From the human T2T-CHM13v2.0 reference genome, Homo sapiens, in assembly GCF_009914755.1 (NCBI RefSeq), contig NC_060928.1: a stretch of 64,000 bases of DNA, one strand, 5' to 3'. This document shows positions 27,794 to 41,576 of this stretch, piece by piece. The position numbers and the translations under genes were made by a program. The notes under the pieces were generated by a model. It had not been told where the DNA came from. It was given only the letters and a program-made list of their open reading frames with translations, and did not search any database. Every line of letters begins with the position of its first letter. Position 1 is the stretch's first letter.

Positions 27794-27975
27794 CATCTTT
27801 GGAGAAACGTCTATGCAAGTTTTTTGCCCACTTTTGAGCTGGGTTGTTTGTTTTTTGTTTGTTGTTGTTGGGTTTTAGGTATTCCCTATATATTCTGGAT
27901 ATTAATCCCTTATCAGATAGATGATTTGCAAACATTTTCTTTCATTCTGTGGGTTGCCTTTTTACTCACTTGCCA
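27794..27975 (-). mobile_element. L1M ORF2 fragment
   Basis: tctttggagaaacgtcta...tatattctggatattaatcccttatcagata..tttgcaaa. Confidence 0.85.
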
Positions 27976-29012
27976 CTTTTTTGTAGCAAACGTGACCCCT
28001 CCTAAAAGGGGGGATATATGTATTTTAAGACCATTCCTTGGCAGTATTGTCCTTAGAGCTTTAGGTTGACTATTTGAATTCGTATGGTCTTTGACTCATC
28101 TCATCATCTAAAACTCCTTGATGTTTTCCTCCTTTCTTTAATGTTATATAGACACAACTGGGACAGCTGACAGTGAATATAGGTTATATTTTTGCGAAGA
28201 ATTTAGCAAGAGAGGTTGGCTGTTTGGCATTAAATATCTGTATCACTGTGAAGTTTTTAATTGTTTTTGGATACTAATTATCACTGAACATGACCTAGAA
28301 CAATACCTTATTACATAGAGTTACTCATTTGTCAAATGTAGGAATGAATGTATGTATGCATGCATGTAAGTACACATGCATATAGCCTTGGTAGTTACTA
28401 CAGTGCTATCATAGATGTAAAGTCTTTCACAGGCCTGGGTAGACAGCAGTCATGTTTTATTCATGGCCTAGTCTAGCATGGTTCCTGGTACTCTTAAGTT
28501 TTGGTGAATGTTCGTCATATAAATAAATATATTTAATTTAGAAAGCATCAGAAAAACTAACATTTGGATAAAGCAGATATAATTTTGTATTATATATGTG
28601 AGTAATTTTCTTTCATCTTTAAATTGTCATATTTCCAAGGAATCTATTCATTGTTGATTTCATGTCCCTCTTAAACAACTTGAGATACGTTAACTTTGGT
28701 AATCTGTCATAGACTTCACTTCATTCTGTGGCCTTTAATTTAAGAGAATGGTAGTTCTTTAGATGCTCTCTCAGGGTTAATCTCCCAACAGCTGGAAAAC
28801 CAAGAATGGCTGTGAAAAGTACTTCTTTACCTAATACAGGATTGCATAACTACTTGCTTTTCCCTTAAAAATAATCTGCAGTATACATGGATCTTAAAAT
28901 AGGAATGATAACTCTTTTGTAGAAATATTAGGGGATCAGAAGAGATAATTTATACGAATCATTTGGCTTACAATTTGTTGTAAAGTGAGGCCTTGAGACG
29001 CAATAGCTATTA

Positions 29013-29258
29013 CAGGGTGAGCATTCTAAGTTGGAAAATTCAAGACCTGAAATGCTCCAAAATTTGAAACTTTTGAGTTCTAACATAATGCTTGAAGGAA
29101 ATGCTCATTGGAGCATTTAGGATTTTGGATTTTAAGGTTTGGGATGCTCAACCCTAAACCAGTAAGTATGTATAATGCAAATATTACAAAATCCAAAAAA
29201 AATCTGAAATCTGAAACACTCTGGTCCCAAGCAATTCAGATAAGGGGTATTCACCCTG
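29013..29258 (+). mobile_element. Tigger4a (Zombi) MITE
   Basis: TIRs cagggtga...tcaccctg with TA on both sides; internal gaaatgctccaaaa and aaatgctcattggagcattt. Confidence 0.9.
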
Positions 29259-31544
29259 TATTATTAGTTTTTCCAGAAAAAAAAAAAAAAGATTATCAAA
29301 GATACACACCCGACTTTAGCACTAAAATTTTTAAGTTGTTGTACCTTCAATTGCTTTATTTTTCCCTTTCAATTCTAATGTTAAAAAATGTAATCCTGTT
29401 TTACAAAATATTTCAGCAAGTTTTCAGCAGTCGTCGCTATTACATTAACTATAAATAATCTTTTGGGAGACCTATCAACATCTACTTTCTCTTTCACAAT
29501 TTGATAATTAACGTATATCACATCTGTGCCTTTCTTTCTAGGGATTTCCAAGATCTGATGGAATTTGCAATGGTTGATGTATATATGGCTCTTATCCATT
29601 GTCAGTAACCCACCTTCTTATGAGCTTTTCCAATTTTCGGGCAAATAACTAAGTACAGTATTTGTGCTGATATAGGTACAAGAGTTTAAAGAAGGCATGA
29701 CTTAAGTGTTACTAAGAGGAAATAAGGAGAAATTATGTTAATAAATTGGCATTATATACTAATAAAGTTAGTCTCCAATCTGTGGAAACATGAAGAATAG
29801 AATGTAATGCTTTGCATTTCTCGGTGGATGAATGATTTTAAAATTTCATACATGGGGGAGAAAATAAAAATACTCCTGAACCCAAAGCTTGACTTCATTC
29901 AGGGATATGCATAAACTTCTCTCTCTTTTTTTTTTTTTTTCCTTTAACCTGAAAGGACATTTAGAAAGCTAAATCTATTTTTCCTTCTTTTCAGTCAGAA
30001 AGTCAGGCCTCACCAGCAACAGACTACTGGTGTTTTGTAAGGGCTATATAATGTTTTCATCGTAATGCTATATAATGTTTTCATCTTTGTATTCGTTAGC
30101 CCAGACTTTTTGTTTAGTACTAGGAAGTATTTCCACAGATGTTGAGTGAGTGGATAAATGAATTAACTTGTGTGGTATACCTGGGGAAAAGGCAGTAAAT
30201 GGGTAGAAAAACTCAAGAATAATCTACACCTATGGGGTTGACAACTTTTCCAGTTGCTCTAGGAATTACTGTAATCATTTTCTTTCTGTTATACTGCCTT
30301 ATAGATCTGATGGAAATTTTGAAAAGAGTGTGTTCTCATTGTTTAGCTCTATATATCTGTTGGCTTCATTTGCTTTTAATATTTTTTTCTAATAGATACC
30401 TTTCTGGCTTGCACAGCAAAGTTCAATTAATGTAAGGATAAAATGTAAATTATCTAATTCAGCTTATTTACATGCTGTAAGTAATATAGTAATGCTAACT
30501 GGGCTTTCCTTGGCTTTTGTTTCATTGTGATCTGAGCTCAGATTATAGTTTGATCTGCTATGCGCTGACCTGGGTGCCAGATGCAAGGGAAGCCAGTAAA
30601 TAATACTATAAAGAGAGATGCTAGCTTTAGTTTTGAAAGGACGATGACTTGTAAGTGAGACTGTTGTAAACCACACAGTAATTAAAAAGCTCCATAATTA
30701 AAAGGGATATTTCCTTTCTTTAACCTGTCTTAAATGTTAGATATGATTAAAAGCAAAAGCATTTCTCTCAATAAAGTTGGGGGAAAAGTACTTGTTTTTA
30801 TAGTCAGTTTTTGAAACATAGGAAAAGTGACCTCAAAGAACCTGTGTTGTAAAATTTTCAGAGTCATAGGAACTTGAACTTTGTTTCTTGATTACTTGAT
30901 GAAATTGGTCATACTAGTTTATGAATAGTTCTGAATGGCCTTGTAGTCTTCTGTTGGTTTTGGTTTCATCTTTCAGTAGATGGACCTGTGGAAAAGTGGA
31001 ACTGGCTTTGAAAATGTACTGGAAGCAGTTATTTTCCTAAGACAATAATTTTTTTTCTCTTTTCCATTTTCTTTAGAACATACAGGCTAGAAGATCCACT
31101 CAGCATTTAATGCATATGACTTTACATTGCTGTTTATCTTTTTGTTTATCCCGAAATTGGAAGCTTCTAAAAGGCAGAGATTCACTCTCTTCCTGTGGTG
31201 GTTCTAGAGGCTGTGCCTTGCATAGAGTTAATTTTTAAAAAATAATTAATAATTATTTTTCTTACCATTTCTATTACTCATTTTTCAATTTGGAGAATAA
31301 TTTTACCTGGCCACACTGATGGAACTTGCATACATGGGCCAGCTCTTTTACTCAGTTGCCCAATTTTTGAATGAAACTGAAAACTGTGGACAGATACATC
31401 AGGGAAGAGGAACATACAGAGTAAAAGACATAAAAGCCTTAAAGTTGCTTCAGTTTCTTCATTTCATCTTGTAAATTACACAGGAGTCCTTCAGATAAAA
31501 CTCACTGGTTATATGACAAATTAAGCAATTAGATTACTGCACAC

Positions 31545-31720
31545 CTAATAATAGTAGCAAATAATGCACTTTCAATCTGCTAATATGTTAAGCACTTTTC
31601 ATTATCTCTTCCTTTTACATAAGGGGAATCTGAAGTTTAGGGAATTTAAAACTTCCACAAAGTTAGTAGTCAGTAGTTTATATACTAGTATTAAATCTGT
31701 TTAAATCCAAAGCCGGTGAC
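31545..31720 (-). mobile_element. MIR
   Basis: aataatagtagc...ttttacataaggggaatctgaagtttagggaattta. Confidence 0.5.
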
Positions 31721-32119
31721 ATTAACAGTTTCCAAACGATAATAACAAAAGTGAAAAATGTTAGTATCATTCCTTGAGAATTCACTACATAAAATTCTCT
31801 TCCAAATATTTACTCATTTTATAGATTAGGAAACTGATCCCCAATGAGGTATATTCTTTTGGTATATTGGTTAAAGAATAATATATCTACTTGAGAGTGG
31901 CATCCTAATTACTGAAAACTGGACTACGAACTTTTAAAGTTTAATTAACAGTAATTTAATGTATTTTTATGTTATTTCTTAATCTTTGGATTATTTTTTC
32001 TTTTTGGAGGTTGTGTATACTCTGAATACTTATAGCAGTACTTCAGAACAATTTAGAACATATTTGTACTTCTAATGCAAATTTAATGTCTAGAATCCTG
32101 TTAACACATGTGATAAATG

Positions 32120-32640
32120 CCAACAGAAAGAGATTGATTTGCTGTCATGAATTAGACTGACAGATTTCTCAACAACACTAGATGCAAGAGGCCACTAAAT
32201 AGGAAACTAACTTTGAACCTAAGATTTTATCCAACTAACTTATTTAAATATGAGGGAGAAGTAAGGATATTTGCTCATATACAAGATCTCAGAAAACTTA
32301 CTGTACCAACACTATTTCTGAAAAGCACCAGGCAAGAAAAGTATGTCCAGAAGGAACTAGTGAGATATAGTTAGTAAAAGGAAATAAAGAACCCAAGAAA
32401 GGGTATAGTTTTATAGCCACACAATGGGGAGAAAAACGGAAAAGAAGGGGAAGAAAAGAAATAAGAGCCAAGTAATTTGTTGGCTTAGAATTAAAACTCC
32501 AGGTAATATTAGTCTTTCAGCAGTTATGGGGACAAGATGGGTAAGGAAGTCAGTTAGAGATCAGAGTAGGTGAAAATTTTGAGGTTCTTGTATTCATCAG
32601 GGAAAGTATTTATGAACTTTAGACACTAACAGTGAAAAAT
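32120..32640 (+). mobile_element. HAL1 / L1ME ORF1-like fragment
   Basis: ttagactgacagatttctcaacaacactagatgcaagag...tttgaacctaag...tatgagggagaagtaagg. Confidence 0.55.
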
Positions 32641-33489
32641 ATGCATAGTTATGAAACTCAAAATTAAGCTCTCTGTTTAATAATAGACATCAGAGATAAC
32701 ATGAACAGATACTGATAAATTGAGAAAAGAGCTTCAGTACCAAATGAAACAAAGAACACAGATTTCCAGGTGCTTTTTTATCTGATCATGTTGCAGCACC
32801 ATTGGAACCATTGTGTCACTTTAACCAAGCCTCCAATATTTTTATTCTTTCAGATCACAAGGGGTGGATGCCAAACCTCTCATTTTTTTCCTCATGATTA
32901 CACTACAAGGCAAAGCGCACAGGGTTTGAGTTCGTTGCAGTTGCTAGGGACATACACCTAGGGACTGACTACTAGGGCAACCTATGCTGTCATGTCACAT
33001 TGTTCATAAGTCTTCCGTGAGCAAAGATCTGTCCCAACAAATGCCCCATACTCCTTTCACTTCCAAGTTATTTTCTATCCTAAACAATTTTTCCTTCCTT
33101 TATACTGGAAACTCCAAGATCTATAACATTTTATCATAAACTTGATCTTATTTTATATTATATATTTGTGTTCCCATTTCACTCTTCTGTTATCTTACTC
33201 TAACACTTAAATGCTGTATGATCAAAGTTAACTAATTTCTTAAATTTAATGAATCTCTTTAAACCAGGAGATGTCATGTCTTGGTTGTGCATGGTATACA
33301 TAGGAATGATAGTTTAAGGAAACCCATTTCTAGATCTTTAGTGCCTAAAACTGATCTGCTTGAGAATTCACTTGTGATGGGGGTGGAAGTTTCTCTTCTC
33401 CAAACTCCTCTTTACCTCTGAAGCATCAAACAAGTGGGCAGTGGGAAATACAGGTATTACGTTTGAGAGAATAGATGGCACTAAAGCCA

Positions 33490-34290
33490 TCTATTATTAA
33501 ACTGGTACTCAGTACCAGTTTACTGAGTGTGGTCTGAAGATCATAATAATTACCATTTGCCTTTTTCATTCTTATTTTCTCAGTAGTTACAATTAAAAAA
33601 GATTTTCAGTTGTTATCTGTCATCATTCCTAATATATAATATAGACAGATTTCAAATACTTGAGGAATATGATTAGAACAGAATTACTTCTCGCTTATTT
33701 GTATGAACAAGGTTTCTCTGTACTTTATTCCACAAATTTTTTTTAGAAATTGAAATAGAATCTAAAAAATTGAATTGTAGCAATAAGTAATAGTTTACAA
33801 TGTCTATAAAAATTCACTGGGGAGGGAGACTAATAAGAGGATTCCAGCTGTCTCATTAAGAAACGAACTTTCTATAACCTTAATGTTTAATTATATTTTC
33901 CAAAAATCATTAATACATTTATGTAATTGTACATGAATCATTGTAATGCTCATTCAATCCAGAAGAAACGTAATACTTAGAACCTTATGTTCATATGAGT
34001 GAACATTTTTTAAAATTTCAAAATATGTGCATATTTTTCTAAGAATTATTACAAGATGATCAGAGAAAGAAGGAAATTCTATTGGGATAGTAGAGTAGAA
34101 GTACAAATTCAAGGAGAAAAAAAGAGCAGTGTAAAATTTCTCAAAGATATCTTTTAAATAGATGGTAGTGTTAAATCACTGTATATTTAAATCTGTTGAA
34201 TATGTTGAAAGAGTTGATGTAAAGGTCTTATTTTAAAATCTCAATATTTACAAAACTCTGGAAATTACATCCTTTACCACTATTTAAACA
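33490..34290 (+). mobile_element. Old hAT-Charlie fragment
   Basis: Palindromic aaactggtactcagtaccagttt; tatttgtatgaacaaggtttctct translates YLYEQGFS, resembling the hAT dimerisation motif YLCExGFS. Confidence 0.5.
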
Positions 34291-34779
34291 TGGGTACATG
34301 TGAGAAGGCAAAAATCTCAATTTTCTTTTTTAAGTATACATACAGTTCCTTTTTAGCACTAAGAGCTACGTGTGCATAATGATTGAGACCAGAACTCCAC
34401 ATTTTGTTGAAAAGTGGGGAGTGAGGGGGAGAGAGAGAAATGCTTTTAAAATTAAACAATGAAACTTTTCCGGGGAGTAGTGAAGAGTGGGTGGTTATAA
34501 AATGACTTGGAAGCAGATCAGCTGGAAAGGTGAAAGAATCAGAAAGCAAATATAGCAGTGGATAATGGAGTTGATCTGTAGCTAGCCTATAGCAACTGCC
34601 TTTACTATATTTTAATATGTGCCATTAAGTGTGTCTCTTGATTGCTTCTGCTTTCTGCCAGTATGGCTTACTGTTGTAACTAGAGTTAGTTAGCTGGCCC
34701 ACTGATACCACCACCAGAGCCTTTTCTAATCTATTATAGATTTCTAACGTGGGATAGGAGGCCAACAATGTTTCTTTGA

Positions 34780-35208
<429 letters not shown>

Positions 35209-35889
35209 TGACAGAGATGGCACTTATACTTAGTAAATAAATTTGATAAGTTACAGGCTTACAAATGGAGAAATCAAGAATCAGGTGACTAAAGTGAGAT
35301 GGAGATAAAACTAGATAAGATGAGTCTTTGCTGCAACACTTGACAAAATCCTGGGAGAAAGGATAAAACCATCTAATTCATAAAATTTATAATAGGCCAA
35401 TGGACTGGAAAGAAAAAGAAATACAGGAAAGATACTGTGGAAGAGAAATTACAGAAAAAGGTGAGGAAAAAGTTAATGTCTGGGGATGGGAATAAAATGA
35501 GAAATGGGGTTTAGCTGTCTATAATAAAACAAATAGAAAATGAAGACCAAAGCTTTTTCTCTGCTTCGATTTGTACTTTTCAATTTCATAATATGTTTGT
35601 CTAAATCAGTGATTATCAAAAGGGCTCTAAGGTGTGCATCTGAGAATTATGCATGTACATCAGAATATGCAAATGTTCTCTTTTCTTCATAAGATTCTGG
35701 TACAACTTAATGATCTTAAAAAATGCTTACCCAATCCCACCTCACATAGGCACACACAAAAACCACTGGATATTTAGATGGAACTGTGCTGTTCATTTCA
35801 ATGGTGTTGAAGCCTAACTAATGTGATTTTCATCATGTAGCAAACATTTAAAACTTTTGAATTTCCTAAGCATTATTTTAGGAAATAGC

Positions 35890-36033
35890 TTTTTTTTTTG
35901 GTCAGAGTCTCACTCTGTCGCCCAGTTTGGAGTGCAATGACATGATCTCTGCTCACTGCAACCTCCGTCTCCTAGGATCAAGCAATTCTTCTGCCTCAGC
36001 CTCCCAAGTTAGCTGGGACTACAGGCACACGCC
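35890..36033 (-). mobile_element. AluS right-arm fragment fused to the L1 5' end
   Basis: Poly-T, cagagtctcactctgtcgccc...gctgggactacaggc, then an abrupt switch to L1. Confidence 0.9.
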
Positions 36034-36037
36034 TGTA

Positions 36038-38381
36038 GTTCAACATATGCAAATCAATAAACATAATACATCACATAAACAGAACCAATGACAAAAACCA
36101 CATGATTATCTCAGTAGATACAGAAAAGGCCTCCGATAAAGCTCAACACCCCTTTATGCTAAAAATACTCAATAAACTAGGTATTGATGGAACATATCTC
36201 AAAATAATAAGAGCTATTCATGACAAACCCACAGCCAGTATCATACTGAATAGGCAAAAGCTGGAAGCATTCCCTTTGAAAACTGGCACAAGAAAAGGAT
36301 GCCCTCTCTCACCACTCCTGTTCAACATAGTACTGGAAGTTCTGGCCAGGGCAATCAGGCAAGAGAAAGAAATAAAGCGTATTTAAATAGGAAGAGAGGA
36401 AGTCAAATTGTCTCTGTTTGCAGATGACATGATTGTATATTTAGAAAACCCCATCATCTCAGCCCAAAAACTCCTTAAGCTGATAAGCAACTTCAGCAAA
36501 GTCCCAGGATACAAAATCAATGTGCAAAGATCACAAGCATTCCTATACACCAATAATAAACAGAGAGCCAAATCATCAGTGAACTCCCATTCACAATTGC
36601 TAAAAAGAGAATACCTAGGAATCCAACTTACAAGGGATGTGAAGGACCTCTTTAAGGAGAACTACAAACGACTGCTCAAGGAAATAAGATAGGACACAAA
36701 CAAATGAAAAAATATCCCATGTGCTCATGGATATGAAGAATCAATATCATGAAAGTGGCCATACTGCCCAAAGTAATTTGTAGATTCAATGCTATTCCCA
36801 TCAAGCTACCATTGACTTCCTTCACAGAATTAGAAGAAACTACTTTAAGTTTCATATGGAACCAAAAAATAGCCCATATAGCCAAGACAATCCTAAGCAA
36901 AAAGAACAAAGCTGGAGACGTCACACTACCTGACTTCAAACTATACTGCAAGGCTACAGTAACCAAAGCAGCATGGTACTGGTACCAAAACAGATATATA
37001 GACCAATGAAACAGAACAGAGGCCTCAGAAATAACACCACACATCTACAATCACCTGATCTTTGACAAACCTGACAAAAACAAGCAATGGGGAAAGGATT
37101 CCCTGTTTAGTAAATGGTGTTGGAAAAACTGGCTAGCTATATGCAGAAAAAATGAAACTGGACTCCTTCCTTACACCTTATACAAAAATTAACTCAAGAT
37201 GGATTAAAGACTTAAACATAAGACCTAAAACCATAAAGACCCTAGAAGAAAACCTAGGCATTACCGTTCAGGAAGTAGGCATGGGCAAAGACTTCATGAC
37301 TAAAACACCAAAAGCAAAGGCACCAAAAGCCAAAATTGACAAATGGGATCTAATTAAACTAAAGAGCTTCTGCACAGCAAAAGAACTATCATCAGAGTGA
37401 ACAGGCAACCTACAGAGTGGGAGAAAATTTTTACAGTCTATGCATCTTACAAAGGCCTAATATCCAGAATCTACAAAGAACTTAAACAAATTTACAAGAA
37501 AAAAACAAACATTCCCATCAAAAAGTGGGTGAAAAAGTGGGCGAAGGATATCAACAGACACTCCTCAAAGAAAGACGTTTATGCAACCAACAAACATAAG
37601 AAAAAAAGGTCATCACTGGTCATTAGAGAAATGCAAATCAAAACCACAATGAGATACCATCTCTCACCAGTTAGAATGGTGATCATTAAAAAGTCCAGAA
37701 ACAACAGATGCTGGAGAGGATGTGGAGAAATAGGAACGCTTTTACACTGTTGGTGGGAGTATAAATTAGTTCAACCATTGTGGAAGACAGTGTGGCGATT
37801 CCTCAAGGACCTAGAAACAGAAAGACCATTTGACCTAGCAATTCCATTACTGGGTATATACCCAAATGATTATGAATCATTCTATAAAGACACATGCACA
37901 CGTATGTTTATTGCAGCACTATTCACAATAGTAAAAACTTGGAACCAACCCATATGCCCATCAATGATAGACTGAAATAAAGAAAATGTGGCACATATAC
38001 ACCATGAAATACTATGCAGCCATAAAAAAGAATGAGTTCATGTCCTTTGTAGGGACATGGTTGAAACTGGAAACCATCATTCCCAGCAAACTAACACAGG
38101 AACAGAAAACCAAACACCTCACATTCTCATTCATAAGTGGGAGTTGAACAATGAGAACACATGGACACAGGGAGGGGAACATAACACACTGGGGCCTGTC
38201 GGGGGATGGGGGTGGGAAAGGGGAGGGATAACATTAGGAGAAATACCTAATGTAAATGATGGGCTGATGGGTGCAGCAAACCCACCATGGCACATGTATA
38301 CCTATGTAACAAACCTGCACACCTATGTAACAAACCTGCACATTCTGCACACGTATCCCAGAACTTAAAGTATAATAATAA
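36038..38381 (+). mobile_element. 5'-truncated L1PA7/8-like element (~2.3 kb) with disrupted ORF2
   Basis: ORF2 peptides [43 protein letters not shown] and [19 protein letters not shown], broken by frameshifts and stops; 3'UTR ends cagaacttaaagtataataataa. Confidence 0.97.
38300..38341. repeat. Perfect 21-bp tandem duplication in the L1 3'UTR
   Basis: acctatgtaacaaacctgcac occurs twice. Confidence 0.95.
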
Positions 38382-38384
38382 GCA

Positions 38385-38925
38385 AAGATAATTAGAAGAC
38401 AAGCTACAGGCTGGGGGAGAATATTTGCAAAAGACACATCTGATAAAGGACTGTTATCCAAAATACACAAAGAGCTTTTGAAATTCAACAATAAGAAATC
38501 TAACAACTGGATTTAAAAATGGGTGAAAGACCTTAACAGACACCTCACCAAAGAAGATATCCACATATCAAATAAGCATATGAAAAGATAATCTACATTA
38601 TACATCAAAAGAGAAATGCAAATTAAAACGAGACATCACTACACACTTGTTAGAATGGTCAAATTCCAGAACACTGACAACACCAAATTCTGGCAAGGAT
38701 GTGGAGCATCAAGAACTTTCATTCACTGCTGGTGGGACTATAAAATGGTACAGCCACTTTGGAAGACAGTTGGATAGTTTAAAAAACTAAACACTCTTAC
38801 CACATGATCCAACAGTTGCGCTCCTTGGTACTTACCAAAAGGAGTTGAAAACATGTCCACACAAAAACCTGCATACAATGTTTATAGGAGCTTTATTCAT
38901 AATTGCCAAAAGTTGGAAGCAAGGG
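38385..38925 (+). mobile_element. L1MC-like ORF2 3' fragment
   Basis: aacactgacaacaccaaattctggcaaggatgtggagca...aaaatggtacagccactttggaagacag. Confidence 0.85.
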
Positions 38926-39119
38926 ATAGCTGACATCTGATGGATAAAATAATAAATAGAAGAGAAACTTGGGAGACTGAGATTTCTTTAACAGCGGTTA
39001 TAATAGCTAACATTTATTGAATACTTAAGTGGCATGCAGTGTCTTGAATGCTTATGTTAAATTATATATCTTCCCAATAACAACCACATGTATCTGATTA
39101 TCAAAGAATTTTCCTCTTG

Positions 39120-39633
39120 ATTACTTTTGTCATTCAGATATTTATTAATTCTTCCATTATCTCAGTGGGCAATTGAGTCATGTCCTAGCTTCCTCTTTTA
39201 GGTGGAAACTTGACAGGCCTAGAATGTCCACAGTGGCTCACCTATATGTCTGGCTTATCTGGGACTTTCTCCTGTAGCACCTTCGAACTCTTCCACATGG
39301 CCTTTCTACAGCATGGGCTTCTCACAGCATGGCAGCCGAGTTCCAAGGCAGAACATTTCAAGCCTTGGAAAGGAAAAGCTGCAGATCCCTGAAGGCTCAC
39401 TCTGAATTTATACTATGTCACTTTGCCAATTCTCTTGTCCTTTGTTTTGATAGAGCATCTCACAGGGCTAGCCCAAATTTCATGTAGATTCAACCTCTTG
39501 ATGGGTAGAGAAGAAAACTTTTTGTACCCATTTTTTTTCTTCGACATTTATTTTAAGTTCCAGGGGACATGTGCAGGATGTGCAGATTTGTTACATAGGT
39601 AAACGTGTTTGCACCCGTCTTTAACCCACTACA
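39120..39633 (-). mobile_element. MLT1G/H-like LTR
   Basis: gggcttctcacagcatggcagc..gttccaag...gctagcccaaattt..gattcaacctcttgatggg...ttaacccactaca. Confidence 0.65.
39532..39607 (-). mobile_element. ~75-bp L1PA 3' tip inserted in MLT1
   Basis: ttttaagttccaggggacatgtgcaggatgtgcagatttgttacataggtaaacgtg; near-TSD tttg(t/c)accc. Confidence 0.85.
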
Positions 39634-39739
39634 GATATTATGATAGTTTCCTGTGTTGTTATTATTACTGTAAAATTATATTTATAAGGGTTAACTGCCT
39701 TTTTTACTTGTAATAACATGAACATAAAAAATACCAATG

Positions 39740-40490
39740 CAACATGTAAAGGTAGCTCCAAAAATTAGTAAGCACAAAGAAAATCAAGCAAAATAAGCAC
39801 AATAAAACCACAGTAGGGCATATCCTAATGAAACTGTTGAAAACCAGTGATAAAAAGAAAACTTTAAAAGCAGTCAAATGGAAAAAGAAAAAACAAACCC
39901 ACACATTAAATACAAAGGAAAAAAAGTAATAATTGTCATTAACTTCTTGGCAGAAACAGTGCAAACCAGGAGGCAGTGGAATGCTGTCTTTAGAGTTCTT
40001 AAAGAAAAAACTGTTAATCTAGAATTCCCTTTCAAGCAAAAATATCCCTTAACATATGAAAGTGTAGTAAAGACATTTGTCTTTCAAAGACTTTTGAAAG
40101 ACAAAATTATCGGACAAATTAAACTTGTGAGAATTTCTTGTTAGCCAACTTGAACAACACCATGAGAAATGATACCAAGTTCTTGAGGCTGGAGGAAAAT
40201 GAAGCAGATGGGAACCTGAATCCATTCACTAGATGGAAGCTTGAAAGAAATGGAGGAGAGGGTTAGACAATGTGAAGATTTGAATAAAAATAAGGGAGCT
40301 TTTTTTTTTCTCATTTTCCAGTTTATTTAAAGATACTTTACTGTTTAATGTTAAAACCGATATTATAGAGTTCTGTAATATTCATCAAAGTATATACATG
40401 ACAATATTGCCACAGATGACAAGAGAAAGGAAAATGGAAACATATCCTTATAAGCTCTTAAAGTGATAAAATAATATTTGTAGACAGGTC
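39740..40490 (+). mobile_element. Old L1M ORF1/inter-ORF region
   Basis: aaactgttgaaaaccagtgataaaaagaaa..cagaaacagtgcaaaccaggaggcagtggaatg; peptide ETVQTRRQWNAVFRVLKEK resembles L1 ORF1p. Confidence 0.8.
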
Positions 40491-40689
40491 AACAGTTTAA
40501 AGTAGCAGAGTACAGCATCTAGCTCCCAAGACAATTGACTGCACATCTAAGGTGATACTGCCCTATACAGGCTACCAAAAGTGTATGATAAGTGTCCATA
40601 GTGAGATTTTAAGAGTAAAAACTGTCTGAATTTAAGGATTAAAAACTAAAAAAATAGAAACAGTTGAATTTTTGAAACAGTGAATATTC

Positions 40690-40890
40690 AACCAATCCTA
40701 GCTTTGTCAGTTAGTAGCTGTGTAACCACAGCACTTAAATTTCTTTGGACCTTAATTTCCAAAAGGAGATCATTGATATCAACTCTATAAGGAAGGTTAT
40801 GGGATGGATTAGAGAAAAAAATATATTAAGAGAAAAGCATAGTGCCTAGTGCTTGACATATATATAAGAAATTTAACAAATGTAACACGT
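40690..40890 (+). mobile_element. MIR
   Basis: aatcctagctttgtcagttagtagctgtgtaacc...agcatagtgcct. Confidence 0.65.
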
Positions 40891-41151
40891 ATTGTTAAAG
40901 AAATTTAAAAGGTCAAAGTTAGTTACTTTGGAGACCTCAGTAAAGGTGAGGAAGCAATACAACAGATGATTTTGACAAACATTAGAAAATCTGAATCTCT
41001 TGCCAACATTTTTTTCTGTCCACTTCTGCCCCTGCCTGCTTCCCTCTTTCCCTCTTTTCTTCCCTCCCTCTCTGCCCCTCCTCCTTATTGTTCTCTTGAT
41101 CTGTGAACATTCTCTTGAATGTTTCTTTCCTGTTGAGTATCTATCCCTATT

Positions 41152-41567
<416 letters not shown>

Positions 41568-41576
41568 TAGTATATG

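Noticed and set aside
33499-33521. Palindrome aaactggtactcagtaccagttt as a regulatory operator
   Set aside because: Better explained as the internal palindrome of a decayed hAT-Charlie element.
36102-37975. Reverse transcriptase-like ORFs (FADD motif)
   Set aside because: This is ordinary L1 ORF2, 5'-truncated and broken by stops and frameshifts. It is not a novel RT system; the same applies to 20700-21753.
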